NCBI GenBank assembly: GCA_963665845.2
Contig: OY762492.1
Span: forward strand, 288,001 to 352,000
Source of the DNA: Candidatus Poribacteria bacterium
Lineage (GTDB): Bacteria > Poribacteria > WGA-4E > GCA-2687025
DNA length: 64,000 bases
Direction of reading: 5' to 3'
Part shown: positions 19,073-29,191 of the stretch, piece after piece
Position numbering within the stretch: the first letter of the stretch is position 1
Layout: the number at the start of each line of letters is the position of its first letter
The notes under the pieces: model-generated
The model's input: the letters and a program-made list of their open reading frames with translations, nothing else
What the model was told of the DNA's origin: nothing
Database searches by the model: none
Position numbers and translations under genes: made by a program

Positions 19073-19758
19073 AACGAAGCGTTGTATGGACGGCGGCATG
19101 GCTTGCGGCTGCATTGTTGACGGCGGGATGCGGCGGCTCGAAGCGGAGGAACACTGCGGTAGTGGAAAATGTCGGCATGCCGAAGCCGTTCACTTTAAAC
19201 AACCTTGCCGGCGAGAGCCGTTCGTATGATGAGTATGCAAAAAAAGAGGCGCTGCTGCTCTGTTTTTTTGAAACAACGCAGAAGCCCTCCGTTGACCAAG
19301 TCGATACCATCAGCAAGGTTTCCAATGCGTATAAAGACAAGCTGGCGGTTGCGGCGGTCGCGCTGGACGCACACACGGAGGCGGTGCGGGAGTATGCGGG
19401 CGAACAGAGTTTCAACTTCGATGTTCTGATCGGATCGCAGGATCAACTTCGGGCGGTCGCCGAGGATTACGGCGGGGCAAATTATCTGCCGACGACGCTT
19501 GTTGTGCGCGGGGGGCTGATTATCAAGCGTTTTATTGGTTACGCCGACGAGCGGGCGATAGAGGGCGTTTTGCCGGATCCTCCATCTCAAAAAAAGAAAA
19601 AGAAACAGCCCAAGGCGGAAGAAGCGGCAAACGAACCCGCAGAGCAAGCGGAGGAGCCGGCGTCAGACGAGCCAAAAACAAAGCCAAATCAAAAAGCAAA
19701 GAACGCGCGGAGAAACAGAAGAGCAGGGGCAAAAAAGCAGGGGCAGTCCAACAATTAG
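19069..19758 (+). CDS. TlpA/redoxin-fold lipoprotein lacking CxxC, with charged low-complexity tail
   Basis: Lipobox LTAGC; PFTL.NLAGE, LPTTLVV; FFETTQKPS where FWATWCxPC is expected. Confidence 0.7.
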   Translation: MKRSVVWTAAWLAAALLTAGCGGSKRRNTAVVENVGMPKPFTLNNLAGESRSYDEYAKKEALLLCFFETTQKPSVDQVDTISKVSNAYKDKLAVAAVALDAHTEAVREYAGEQSFNFDVLIGSQDQLRAVAEDYGGANYLPTTLVVRGGLIIKRFIGYADERAIEGVLPDPPSQKKKKKQPKAEEAANEPAEQAEEPASDEPKTKPNQKAKNARRNRRAGAKKQGQSNN

Positions 19759-19770
19759 CAAGCAGTCGGA

Positions 19771-20143
19771 TTCCCCTGAAAAAGGGGTTTGACCAGATTC
19801 CCCCTTGAAAAGGGGGGCTGGGGGGTTTAAAGCGCGCGGGTTGCGCTTGGTTTTGAACTAAGATTTTCAGGATGGATAGGATTTTCAGGATTTGGGGAAT
19901 GCGGCGTATCGGCTTTCGCAAACCTCATGTTAATCTTTTCAATCCTGGCAATCCTAGTTCAGACGGAATCGGGGTTGACGCCGAATGTTGAACGCAGACA
20001 TCTTCTGCGGCGCCTCTGGATTCCCGCGCGTTTTACCGCAAGGGCGGGAATGACGGCCGGGGATGCGGCATGTCAAGGGAGGCGTATCGGCATCCAGCAA
20101 TTCTCCTGGCAATCTTTTCAATCATGGCAACCCTAGTTCAGAC
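19771..20143. repeat. composite intergenic repeat island (CCCCTT/AAGGGG hairpins, TGAACTA..TAGTTCA element, GTCATTCCC..GGGAATC palindrome)
   Basis: About 19797-19964 is the reverse-complement homolog of about 37445-37620; palindrome at 20019-20054. Confidence 0.85.
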
Positions 20144-20156
20144 GGCGTATGCGGAT

Positions 20157-20924
20157 TCACCAGAGAACCCGTTTTAGAAACGCCTGCGTCCGCTCATGTT
20201 TTGGATCGCGCAGCAGCTCTCTTGGGTTGCCCTGCTCCACAATCTGCCCGTCGTCCATGAAGATGAGGCGGTCGCCGACCTCCTCCCCGAACCGCACCTC
20301 GTGCGTTACGATCAGCATCGTCATGCCTTCGTCGGCAAGCCGCTTCATCGCTTCCAGCACCTCATACACCAGCTCTGGATCCAGCGCGGAGGTGACCTCG
20401 TCAAACAGCATCACCTTCGGGTCCATCGCCAACGCCCGCGCAATGGCGACGCGCTGCTGCTGCCCGCCGGAGAGCTGACTCGGGTAGGCGTCCGCTTTCT
20501 CCTCTAGCCCGACCTGTTTCAAGAGCCGCCGCGCCTTCCGCTCCGCCTCTTCGCGCGGGTGTTTCAAGGCGAGGCGCGGAGCTAAGGCGACATTTTCAAG
20601 CGCGGTTCGATGCGGGAACAGGTTGAACCGCTGAAAGACCATGCCGACTTCAGCGCGCACTTTGTTGATGTCGGTCGTTTTTTCGTTTAAGACCTTTCCG
20701 TCGATGGCGACCTCTCCAGAATCGGGCCGCTCCAGCCAGTTGACGCAGCGCAGCAGCGTCGATTTTCCGGAGCCGCTGGGACCGATAATGACCGCCTTTT
20801 CGCCAGGGTAAACCTCCAGCGAGACATCTTTTAAGACCTTCAGGCTGCCGAACGATTTATGCAGACCGCGAATGGAGACGAGCGGATTCAGCGCGAAACC
20901 CCCTTTTTTCAAGGATACGGGCAA
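20157..20924 (-). CDS. polar amino acid ABC transporter ATP-binding protein (GlnQ-like); start uncertain
   Basis: [37 protein letters not shown]. Confidence 0.92.
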   Translation of the reverse strand: MPVSLKKGGFALNPLVSIRGLHKSFGSLKVLKDVSLEVYPGEKAVIIGPSGSGKSTLLRCVNWLERPDSGEVAIDGKVLNEKTTDINKVRAEVGMVFQRFNLFPHRTALENVALAPRLALKHPREEAERKARRLLKQVGLEEKADAYPSQLSGGQQQRVAIARALAMDPKVMLFDEVTSALDPELVYEVLEAMKRLADEGMTMLIVTHEVRFGEEVGDRLIFMDDGQIVEQGNPRELLRDPKHERTQAFLKRVLW

Positions 20925-21612
20925 TGTAGGAGAGGCACAGCGTTAAACAGAGATAGACGCAGCCGAGCAAGGAGTACACATAAAACACATCGTAGGTTAA
21001 AGCGACCTCGCGGCGCGCTAGCTGGGTGATTTCAGGAATGGCGACTACGGAGGCTAGGGAGGTGTCTTTGAGAAGGGCGACCGCGTCGTTGACCAGGGCG
21101 GGGAGAACGTTGCGCGCCGCTTGAGGAAGAATCACATACGCCATCGTTTGCGTTGAGTTGAGACCTAAGGCGCGCGCCGCTTCGCTCTGTCCGTCGTCGA
21201 CCGACTCGATGCCGGCGCGAAACGTTTCGGCGAGATAAGCTCCGTAGCATGCGGCGAAGGCGGCGACCGTCAGCCAGAAATCGTTCAGCTTCCATCCGGG
21301 CGCCGCGCTGGGGAGGCCGTACACGACGAAGAGCAGCGTCACCAGAAGAGGAACGCCGCGCAGCGTTTCGATATACGCCGCGCACGGCAAGCGCAGGAGG
21401 CGGTGTCGGGAGAGGCGCGCCGCCGCCAGAAGCAGACCGATCGGCAGCGCGAGCAGCATGGAGCAGACCATCAGCGCCGCCGTCCACTGCAAACCGCCCA
21501 GCAGGTATTGTAAGGTGTCCGCCGCTTCGCGTATCTTTGCCGCCGTCCACTGCAAACCGCCCAGCAGGTATTGTAAGGTGTCCGCCGCTTCGCGTATCGT
21601 TTCAAAGTTCAT
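20857..21612 (-). CDS. polar amino acid ABC transporter permease with 21-aa N-terminal duplication
   Basis: [35 protein letters not shown]. Confidence 0.9.
   Translation of the reverse strand: MNFETIREAADTLQYLLGGLQWTAAKIREAADTLQYLLGGLQWTAALMVCSMLLALPIGLLLAAARLSRHRLLRLPCAAYIETLRGVPLLVTLLFVVYGLPSAAPGWKLNDFWLTVAAFAACYGAYLAETFRAGIESVDDGQSEAARALGLNSTQTMAYVILPQAARNVLPALVNDAVALLKDTSLASVVAIPEITQLARREVALTYDVFYVYSLLGCVYLCLTLCLSYIARILEKRGFRAESARLHSRSA
21476..21601. repeat. 63-bp in-frame tandem duplication
   Basis: 21476-21538 vs 21539-21601, 62/63 identical. Confidence 0.95.
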
Positions 21613-21627
21613 TGCCGCGCGCCGTTT

Positions 21628-23082
21628 TCAGTCAAAATGCAGGTAAACGGTCTTGATCTGGGTATAAAACTCGACCGCCGCGCTGCCCTGTTCGCGCGTT
21701 CCGGTGCTGGAGCCTTTATACCCGCCGAACGGAACCTGCACCTCCGCGCCCGCCGTCTGCGCGTTCACATGGACAAGACCCGCCTCGATTCGGTTGATGT
21801 ATTCGAACGTCCGCTGGAGATCGCCTGTAACGATGCTGGCGGACAAGCCGTATTCAACATCGTTTGCGGCGTCCATCGCCTCGTCAAACTCGGTGAACGG
21901 CATGACAGCGACGACGGGACCGAAGATTTCCTCCTGGGCGATGCGCATGCCGCTGCGAACGCCGGTGAAGACGGTCGGCTCTACGTAGTAGCCCTTGTCG
22001 TAGTCGCCGCCGGTCAGGCGCCGTCCGCCAGCGACGATGTCGGCGCCCTCGTTTTTGCCGATTTCGATGTAGCCTAAGATGCTTTTCAGCTGCCGTTCAT
22101 CGACGGCGGGACCGATCTGCGTACCCTCTTTTGAGCCGTCGCCGACCTTCAGCCCGTTCACTTTTTCGATGAGCAGGTCGGTGAACGCCCGCTCTAATGA
22201 GCGGTGTACAAAGACGCGGCTGGTGGCGGTGCATTTTTGCCCGGTCGACCACATGGCGCCGGCGACGACCGTGTCGACCGCTTTGTCGATGTCGGCGTCT
22301 TCTAGAACGATGACCGGGTTTTTGCCCCCCATTTCGCATTGGCATTTGGCGCCGCGTCCGGTGACGGCTCCGTAGAGGCGCGTTCCGACCGCGTTGGAGC
22401 CGGTGAACGAAACCGCTTTGACGGCGGGGTTCATCGCCAGCTCGTCTCCGACAGCGCTGCCCGGACCGGTTACAAGGTTCAGCGTCCCAGGCGGCAGCCC
22501 CGCGTCTTCCAACGCGCGCGCCAGATGGACGCTGGAAATCGGCGCCAGCGAGGCGGGCTTTAAGACGACCGTATTTCCAGCGACGAGAGCGGGAAGCGCC
22601 TTCCATGCGGGTATGGCGATGGGAAAGTTCCACGGCGTGATGAGACCGACGACGCCAAGCGGCTCTTTGACGGTGTACAGAAAGGTGTTCGGCTGCCCTG
22701 ACGGGTAGGTTTCGCCGGTTAAGCGGCGCGCTTCGCCGGCGTACCATTCCAGCAGTTCAACGGCGCGGAGCGTTTCGCCCTTGCCTTCGGGGAGCGTTTT
22801 GCCTTCTTCGCGGGTCAGGTCGCGCCCGACCTCTTCGGCGCGCGCTTCCAGTATCTGCGCCGCTTTGAAAAGGATCTTGCCGCGCGCGGGGGCGGACATG
22901 GCGCGCCACGCCGGCAGCGCCTCTTCAGCCGCCTTGATGGCCGCCAACACATCCTCCCGCGCCGATTCTGGATGCGTCCCGACCGTCTCCGAGATGTCCG
23001 CCGGGTTGATGTTTTCAAAGACGGCGCCGCTCTGCGCGTCTATCCATTCGCCGCCGATGTAATTTTGGTACGCTTCAGCCAT
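21628..23082 (-). CDS. aldehyde dehydrogenase family protein (alpha-ketoglutaric semialdehyde dehydrogenase-like)
   Basis: ITPWNFP, FTGS, EMGGKNP, GQKCTA, EEIFGP. Confidence 0.92.
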   Translation of the reverse strand: MAEAYQNYIGGEWIDAQSGAVFENINPADISETVGTHPESAREDVLAAIKAAEEALPAWRAMSAPARGKILFKAAQILEARAEEVGRDLTREEGKTLPEGKGETLRAVELLEWYAGEARRLTGETYPSGQPNTFLYTVKEPLGVVGLITPWNFPIAIPAWKALPALVAGNTVVLKPASLAPISSVHLARALEDAGLPPGTLNLVTGPGSAVGDELAMNPAVKAVSFTGSNAVGTRLYGAVTGRGAKCQCEMGGKNPVIVLEDADIDKAVDTVVAGAMWSTGQKCTATSRVFVHRSLERAFTDLLIEKVNGLKVGDGSKEGTQIGPAVDERQLKSILGYIEIGKNEGADIVAGGRRLTGGDYDKGYYVEPTVFTGVRSGMRIAQEEIFGPVVAVMPFTEFDEAMDAANDVEYGLSASIVTGDLQRTFEYINRIEAGLVHVNAQTAGAEVQVPFGGYKGSSTGTREQGSAAVEFYTQIKTVYLHFD

Positions 23083-23098
23083 GCTCTCCCTTTCGCTG

Positions 23099-23443
23099 TT
23101 AGCCGGGCGGCCAGGACAACGCGCGCCCGCCCAGAATATGTATGTGTAGATGATGCACTGTTTGGCCGCCATGTCCGCCGTGGTTGACGACGAGGCGGTA
23201 CCCGTCCTCCGCCAGACCTAAATCCGCTGCGACCTGCGCCGCTGTTGTGAACAGCTTGCCGATGAGCGGCGCGTCCGAGTCGCTGATGTCCGCAATCGTC
23301 GCAATCGGTTTTTTCGGTATGACGAGAACATGCGTCGGCGCCTGCGGGTTGATGTCCTTGAACGCGAGCGTCTGCTCATCCTCATGGACGATGTCGGCGG
23401 GAATCTCTTTACGGATGATCTTGTCAAAAATGGTCTCTGCCAT
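23099..23443 (-). CDS. histidine triad nucleotide-binding protein (HinT-like)
   Basis: TIFDKII, DINPQAPTH, HLHIH. Confidence 0.93.
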   Translation of the reverse strand: MAETIFDKIIRKEIPADIVHEDEQTLAFKDINPQAPTHVLVIPKKPIATIADISDSDAPLIGKLFTTAAQVAADLGLAEDGYRLVVNHGGHGGQTVHHLHIHILGGRALSWPPG

Positions 23444-23452
23444 GGGCGTCTC

Positions 23453-24982
23453 CTATCGGTTTTTTGACCATTCCGCCGCGGCGCGAAAGGCGGCAAGCGG
23501 TTCCGCAAAGTCAGGCAGGCGAAGCAGCTTCTGCGCCTCGGCGACATACCCGCTTCGCTTCATTCCGTTTAACACGACCGAGACGCCCGATGTTGACGCG
23601 GCGGCGTTCAAGGCGAGTTCGCTCAAGGTCAAGCCGTCCGCGGAGGAGCCAAGCGCTTGGGTCAAGGCGGCGCAAAGCGGGGCGCGCTTCTCCGCGTCGC
23701 GCCTGTTGAGCTGGCTCACCGACGCATGCGCCATCGCCTGTATCGCCGCCGCGTACCGTTTTTTTAAAGATGTCCATTCGTCCCGCCGCCGCTCATCGAT
23801 CTGCTTTTCCGCTTCCAGCGCGGCTGACATGGCGGCGGGGGCGAGATAACGCTCAAACAGATGAATCCAGTCGCTTGCCGATTCTGTTTTTGGGTAAAGC
23901 CGCTTTGCCGTTTCGCCGATGCGAAAGCTTTTTTCAGGTTGAGTTACGGCGCGCCATTTTCGTAATGTCAAGTGGATGTCCCGCTCAACAGACGCCGCCG
24001 CCGCAAAGGTTTCAAGAGGCGCCGGCGCGTTCTCATCCGACGGATAGACCGCTAAACGGAACAGCGAGTCGTCTACAATCGCGTTCAAAGGGCGGTTGAC
24101 AAAAACAGCGATCTCGTTCTCCTGCGCGAGCTGTAAAAATGTCCGCCCGTCTTCAGCGGCCTGCTCATAGACGGCGCCCGTTTCAAGCAGGTTGAACGGC
24201 AGCTGCGCCGCGGCGAAACGCCCGCCGAACGTCAGCAGCCGCTCCAGCGACACATGGGTCGGGTCGTTCATCGGCGCGGCGAATGTGTTGGAGGAGACGC
24301 CGTACCAACCGATGAGACCCTCCTCCGCAAACCGCTCCATCGTTTCAAAGGCGCGCTGGACGCGCTCATAAAACGCCTCCCGCGCCTCATTTAAGGGGAC
24401 GCCCCGTTTTGCCGCATGCGAGAGAAAATACTCTGGGTTATGCAATAGCAAAAAATCGAGACGCTCCAGACGCAGCCGTTCCAGCGACCGCTCCAGCTCC
24501 TCCTCAAGCCAGACAGGATGAATGCAATGCCAAAGCCCGTCCGCGTATGTAACCATCTCTGGATAAGGGGCGCCGTCCGCTTCCGCCTGCCGCGCCCGTT
24601 CGTAGTTGGAACCTTGAACATAACCCGCCTTGCTGACGATGATCGTTTCAGAACGCTCGATTTTTTCATGTTGAATCAGCGTTGTCAGCGTCTCGCCGAT
24701 AAGCCGTTCCGACAGCCCGTCTGCATAGTTGGTGGAGGTGTCGATCAGATTGCAGCCGGCGGCGAGCGCGTCCGCAAGCGTTTGCCGATGCTCCTGGATG
24801 TCCGCCCGCGCGCGGTAGGCTCCGTAGCCGATCTTGGCGGCGCGCAGACCTGTCTTGCCGAGGGCGCGTACCGCGTCCGGATGGACGGGCGGAAAGAGGC
24901 GGCTCTCTCTCTCGCCGCCCGGTTCCGCCCATCCTCGGATGCGTTTCTCGTTCGCTGCTGTCAGGTTGCCCACACGTTCCAT
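23453..24982 (-). CDS. aldo/keto reductase family protein
   Basis: IGYGAYR, IDTSTNY.DG.SE, SKAG, LLHNPE, GVSSN; ATG 24982 preferred as start. Confidence 0.85.
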   Translation of the reverse strand: MERVGNLTAANEKRIRGWAEPGGERESRLFPPVHPDAVRALGKTGLRAAKIGYGAYRARADIQEHRQTLADALAAGCNLIDTSTNYADGLSERLIGETLTTLIQHEKIERSETIIVSKAGYVQGSNYERARQAEADGAPYPEMVTYADGLWHCIHPVWLEEELERSLERLRLERLDFLLLHNPEYFLSHAAKRGVPLNEAREAFYERVQRAFETMERFAEEGLIGWYGVSSNTFAAPMNDPTHVSLERLLTFGGRFAAAQLPFNLLETGAVYEQAAEDGRTFLQLAQENEIAVFVNRPLNAIVDDSLFRLAVYPSDENAPAPLETFAAAASVERDIHLTLRKWRAVTQPEKSFRIGETAKRLYPKTESASDWIHLFERYLAPAAMSAALEAEKQIDERRRDEWTSLKKRYAAAIQAMAHASVSQLNRRDAEKRAPLCAALTQALGSSADGLTLSELALNAAASTSGVSVVLNGMKRSGYVAEAQKLLRLPDFAEPLAAFRAAAEWSKNR

Positions 24983-26148
24983 CGGGTGTCTAGGATGCCC
25001 AGTTCTCGGTCGATGTCGTCTTGGTATCCAGTGATGCGGCACGCTTCCACCTGGCGCAGGTTCACCGGCGCGTTGATCCAGGCAGATTCAAGCGCGCCCA
25101 TGCAGATCGCCATCGCTTTCATCCCGATGACGCCGTCCGTTTCGGGGTAGTAGGAGTCGTCGCGTATCGACTGCGCGAATTCCCACAGCTCGGTGGCGAT
25201 GGAGTTTTCGACGCCGGCGGGATAGGTTCGTTCGCGTTCGTCGTCCGAGAGGCTGTCGCGGTAGTCGCCGACAACGTTCTTCGTTTCCTGTCCGCGGAGG
25301 GTCAATCCGCCGCCGAAGTCAAGCGAGCCGTCTTCGCCGTAGATGATGTGCTGGTTGAAGCCGCGTCCAGGCGCGGCGCGCACCGACGACCATTCCGCGA
25401 CCGCGCCGTTGGCAAACTGAACGATGGCGATGCAGGAGTCCTCGTTGGTGACCCAGATCGGGTCCTGTTTGGCGGCTCCGTCGCGGTATCGGCGCGGATC
25501 GAAGCTGCGCGCGTGGGCGAACACCTCGGTCGCTTCGCCGAGGAAGTAGATGAACTGGTCGGTGTAATGGACGCCGCCGTCCAGAACCCAGCCGGCTCCG
25601 GCGTCCAGTTTGGAGTCGCGCCATCCCCATGGTCCCAGCGCTTCGCCGTAATCGATGTAGACGAGCAGCCGCGGCGCGCCGATCATGCCGCGGTCGATTG
25701 CCCATTTGGTCGCGCGCCGCCCGGGAGAACGGCGGTAGTTTTCGGCGACAGCGAGAATCTTGTCGTTGCGCCGGGCGGCGTTCAGCATGAGCGCGCATGC
25801 TTTCATCGTCACGCCGAGCGGTTTTTCGATGATCACATGCTTCCCGGCGTCCAGGGCGGCGACCGCCAGTTCATGATGGACGCGGTGAAGGGCGCAGATG
25901 TCGACCGCTTCAATGTCCGGTTCTTTGTCAAGCATTTCATGGATGTCGGTGTAGACGTTCGGTTTTTTGCCGTCTTGCAGTTCGGCGGCTTGGTTGGCGC
26001 GTCCTTCGGCGGCGTCGCGGCGGATGTCGCATGTCGCGGCGAATTCGACGTTCAGGATGCCGGCGTCCAGCAGGTTTCGGTAACCTCCCATGTGCGCTCC
26101 GGAGATGCCGCCGCAGCCGACAAGACCGATACGAACCTTTTCAGACAT
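24961..26148 (-). CDS. Gfo/Idh/MocA family oxidoreductase
   Basis: GLVGCGGI, GKHVIIEKP, AENYRR, DGGVHY. Confidence 0.92.
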   Translation of the reverse strand: MSEKVRIGLVGCGGISGAHMGGYRNLLDAGILNVEFAATCDIRRDAAEGRANQAAELQDGKKPNVYTDIHEMLDKEPDIEAVDICALHRVHHELAVAALDAGKHVIIEKPLGVTMKACALMLNAARRNDKILAVAENYRRSPGRRATKWAIDRGMIGAPRLLVYIDYGEALGPWGWRDSKLDAGAGWVLDGGVHYTDQFIYFLGEATEVFAHARSFDPRRYRDGAAKQDPIWVTNEDSCIAIVQFANGAVAEWSSVRAAPGRGFNQHIIYGEDGSLDFGGGLTLRGQETKNVVGDYRDSLSDDERERTYPAGVENSIATELWEFAQSIRDDSYYPETDGVIGMKAMAICMGALESAWINAPVNLRQVEACRITGYQDDIDRELGILDTRWNVWAT

Positions 26149-26219
26149 AATGAGCCTTTCTGTGCTTGTGTCCGGTTGACCATACCATATCCGACCGCCG
26201 CAAACAAACGCGCCTTCCT

Positions 26220-26245
26220 CATGCGTCATTCGCGCTTGACGCATG
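26220..26245. promoter_or_regulatory. operator-like palindrome in a divergent promoter region
   Basis: CATGCGTCA-N8-TGACGCATG overlapping TTGACG (26236-26241). Confidence 0.35.
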
Positions 26246-26292
26246 CGCCTGTCTGCGCAATACTGAATAGGCAACGCAAATGGAGAAACGCG

Positions 26293-29184
26293 ATGGCGCG
26301 CCATGCGGAATCGAACCCGAACTTCAAACTTGCCGAAATGCTGCAGCGCATGGCGCCAAAAAGCCGCATGGAAGCGGAAAAAACAGGCGTCCTAGAAAAA
26401 AGCAAAGGGCTAAGACCCGACATACTGATCGCCGCCGACGGAAGATCGCCCGTCGTCATCGAGGCGGAATACCTTCCCGCTCCAAACGTCGAAAACGAAG
26501 CGCTGGACAGGCTCGGCGAACGCGTCGTCCATGAACAGCGGCACATCGAAGCGGTCGTTGCGCTGCGCTATCCTGAACAGCTGAAAAATGCCGAGAACAT
26601 TGAAGCGGCGCTGAAAAACGCGCGGCTTCAGTACTGCTTTTTTCAAGAAAGCGGCGCCGTAGACAAGCCGACCCGCTTTCCGGAAACAGGCTGGCTGGAA
26701 GGCGCTATCAGCGACCTGTCAGACATGGTACGCATGATCAGCGCGCCGCAAAAAGAGGTGGAGCAAGCGGCGGAGTTTCTTGAAACAGCGATTGAAAACG
26801 CGGCGCGCGTCTTAGACAACGCCGCCGAAACGCGACCCGAATTGTCTAAAGAAATCGCCCGCTTGCTCGGCATGTCGAATGTGCCGCAAACGCGCCGCAT
26901 GGCATGCGCCATCCTCGCCAACGCTCTCGCCTTCCATGAGCGAATCGCCGGCATGCATAGCGGCATTCGCCCGCTCTCCGCCGTCATCCGCGCGCCGCAT
27001 CCGCAGATCGACATGCTGGAAACCTGGGAGCAGATACTCGCCATCAACTATTATCCGATCTTCGCTGTCGCTCAAGATATTCTGACGCAGTTGACAGCGG
27101 ACATCGCCCAAGAGGTTCTGTCGAGGCTGCGTTACGCCGCCCAAGGCGCCCACATCACGAACGCCCATGAGCTGACAGGACGCGTCTTTCAACGGCTCAT
27201 CTCCGACCGAAAATATCTCGCCACCTTTTACACCCGCCCGTATTCAGCGGCGCTGCTGGCAAGGCTCGCCGTCAGCAAACTGCGCGGCGTCAACTGGAAA
27301 TTCCGCGAGTCGATTGAACGGCTCAAGATCGCCGACTTCGCATGCGGGACCGGCGCATTGCTCTCCGCCGTCTATGACCAGATCGCCGCGCTGCATGAGC
27401 GGGAGGGAGGAAACCTGGACGACCTGCACCCCGCCATGATGCAGGAGGTACTGCACGGCGCGGACGTCATGCCGTCCGCCGTCCATATTACCAGCGCGAC
27501 CCTCTCCGGCGCGAGACCCGACATCGACTACGGCGACTCGCGCGTCTATACGATGCCCTACGGCAGACAGACCGACAACACGGTCAAACTCGGCTCGCTG
27601 GAACTGCTGACGAACAGCAGCATCGATACGCTCTTCAACACGACCGACCCGGCAAAGCGCACCGGCAGGCATGGCGAAGAGACGGCGGCGCAGATCAACG
27701 TCGAGATCAAAGATGAATCGTTCGACCTTGTCATCATGAATCCGCCGTTCACCCGAACAACCGCGACTGGAGGCGAGTATGCCGGGACATACGCCGCCGC
27801 TTTTGCCGCTTTCGGCGCAACCGTTGACGATCAAAAGACGATGTCGGATCGAATGCAATCATTGAAAGGAGGCTCGTGTTACAACGGCAATGCGGGTATG
27901 GGGTCGGCGTTCGCTGCGTTGGGAGATAAAAAGTTAAGGCCCGGCGGCGTGTTGGCTTTAGTGCTGCCGTTAACCGCGATATCAGGACAATCTTGGTCAA
28001 AAATGCGGCAGATGCTGGCAAGCAATTTTACCGATATAGATGTTCTGAGCATCGCCGCTCCAAACACACGAGACGTCTCTTTCTCGGCGGATACGGGCAT
28101 GGCGGAATGCTTGATCGTGGCGCGCAAAAAAGCGGCGCGCCATGAATTGCATTCAAACGCCGCTCGCTTCACCTCTCTAAGACGACGGCCGCAGAATTTT
28201 GCGCATGCGGCTGAAGTCGCAAAGCGGATCGAATCCGCGGACACTGTTCGGCGTCTGGAGGACGGACCGTACGGCGGCGCGCCTGTGTCCGTTGGCGGCG
28301 ACCGAGAGGGTGAAGCGCTCGTTGGACCTATCAGCGCTGACGGCGACGCCTGGGAACTCTCGCGCATTGTGGATTATTCCGTTGCGCAAGCCGCTTATGC
28401 GCTAACGAATTCTACTCTATGGCTGCCAGGCCTCCATGATCCGATTGAAATTCCGATGGTTCCGCTTAATCAAATAGGTCGACGGGGATTTCACGATTTA
28501 GCCATAGTGGGGTATAAAGGATATTTTATTAAAGACCGCCCCAGCTCTACGGCAACATACCCATCGCTATGGAATCATGACGCTAAGAAAGAGACGCGGA
28601 TCGTTTGCGAACCTGATTCGCAGTTGCATGTTCAGCAAGGCAAGGAAGCAAAGGCGGCGGAAGTTTGGGCGACTGCCAGCCGGTGTCATCACAATAGAGA
28701 TTTCACATTGGGATCGCAGCCGCTAGCTGTCGCATTCACAGAAAAAAGAACAGCGGGCGGGCGCGCATGGCCAAACGTTGTTTTTGACGATACGCGGTTC
28801 GATTTTGCGTTTGCGTTATGGGGAAACAGCTCCCTCGGTATTCTCATGCACTGGTGGCATGCCAGCCGTCAACAGCCAGGAAGAAGCATCATAACGGTCA
28901 CTGGCATCGTATCGCTCCCGACGCTAGACCTGCGCGCCTTGTCGGACGAGCAGCTGTCTCTCGCCGAGGTCATCTTTGACCGCTTCCGCGGGGTGGAGTT
29001 CAAGCCGGCGTATATCGCCGATTTGGACGGGTCGCGCGCCGATCTGGACCGCGCCGTTCTGTGCGAGCTGCTGGGTTTGGAGGAGGCGGTTTATTTCGCC
29101 GTGCGCGAGTTATGCGCCAAGTGGGCAGCGGAGCCTTCCGTTCATGGCGGCAAGCCCCGCCCTGACGCGCCCTTCGCTGTCTAA
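26293..29184 (+). CDS. fused restriction endonuclease / N6-adenine methyltransferase (Type IIG/IIL-like), 963 aa
   Basis: N-terminal RPDIL..VIEAE nuclease-like motif; FYT, DFACGTG (motif I), NPPF (motif IV); C-terminal specificity-like region; RBS GGAGA before ATG 26293. Confidence 0.82.
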   Translation: MARHAESNPNFKLAEMLQRMAPKSRMEAEKTGVLEKSKGLRPDILIAADGRSPVVIEAEYLPAPNVENEALDRLGERVVHEQRHIEAVVALRYPEQLKNAENIEAALKNARLQYCFFQESGAVDKPTRFPETGWLEGAISDLSDMVRMISAPQKEVEQAAEFLETAIENAARVLDNAAETRPELSKEIARLLGMSNVPQTRRMACAILANALAFHERIAGMHSGIRPLSAVIRAPHPQIDMLETWEQILAINYYPIFAVAQDILTQLTADIAQEVLSRLRYAAQGAHITNAHELTGRVFQRLISDRKYLATFYTRPYSAALLARLAVSKLRGVNWKFRESIERLKIADFACGTGALLSAVYDQIAALHEREGGNLDDLHPAMMQEVLHGADVMPSAVHITSATLSGARPDIDYGDSRVYTMPYGRQTDNTVKLGSLELLTNSSIDTLFNTTDPAKRTGRHGEETAAQINVEIKDESFDLVIMNPPFTRTTATGGEYAGTYAAAFAAFGATVDDQKTMSDRMQSLKGGSCYNGNAGMGSAFAALGDKKLRPGGVLALVLPLTAISGQSWSKMRQMLASNFTDIDVLSIAAPNTRDVSFSADTGMAECLIVARKKAARHELHSNAARFTSLRRRPQNFAHAAEVAKRIESADTVRRLEDGPYGGAPVSVGGDREGEALVGPISADGDAWELSRIVDYSVAQAAYALTNSTLWLPGLHDPIEIPMVPLNQIGRRGFHDLAIVGYKGYFIKDRPSSTATYPSLWNHDAKKETRIVCEPDSQLHVQQGKEAKAAEVWATASRCHHNRDFTLGSQPLAVAFTEKRTAGGRAWPNVVFDDTRFDFAFALWGNSSLGILMHWWHASRQQPGRSIITVTGIVSLPTLDLRALSDEQLSLAEVIFDRFRGVEFKPAYIADLDGSRADLDRAVLCELLGLEEAVYFAVRELCAKWAAEPSVHGGKPRPDAPFAV

Positions 29185-29191
29185 TGAATTC

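Noticed and set aside
19532-19921. ORF with ILKILSILKILVQ / PPSPPFQGG
   Set aside because: Translation of the nonamer and hairpin repeats, not a plausible gene; the same applies to 48072-48860 and 30556-30807
25021-26292. Apparent 424-aa N-terminal extension making a 1387-aa ORF
   Set aside because: It is mostly the antisense shadow of the Gfo/Idh/MocA gene; the R-M gene has its own RBS and ATG at 26293
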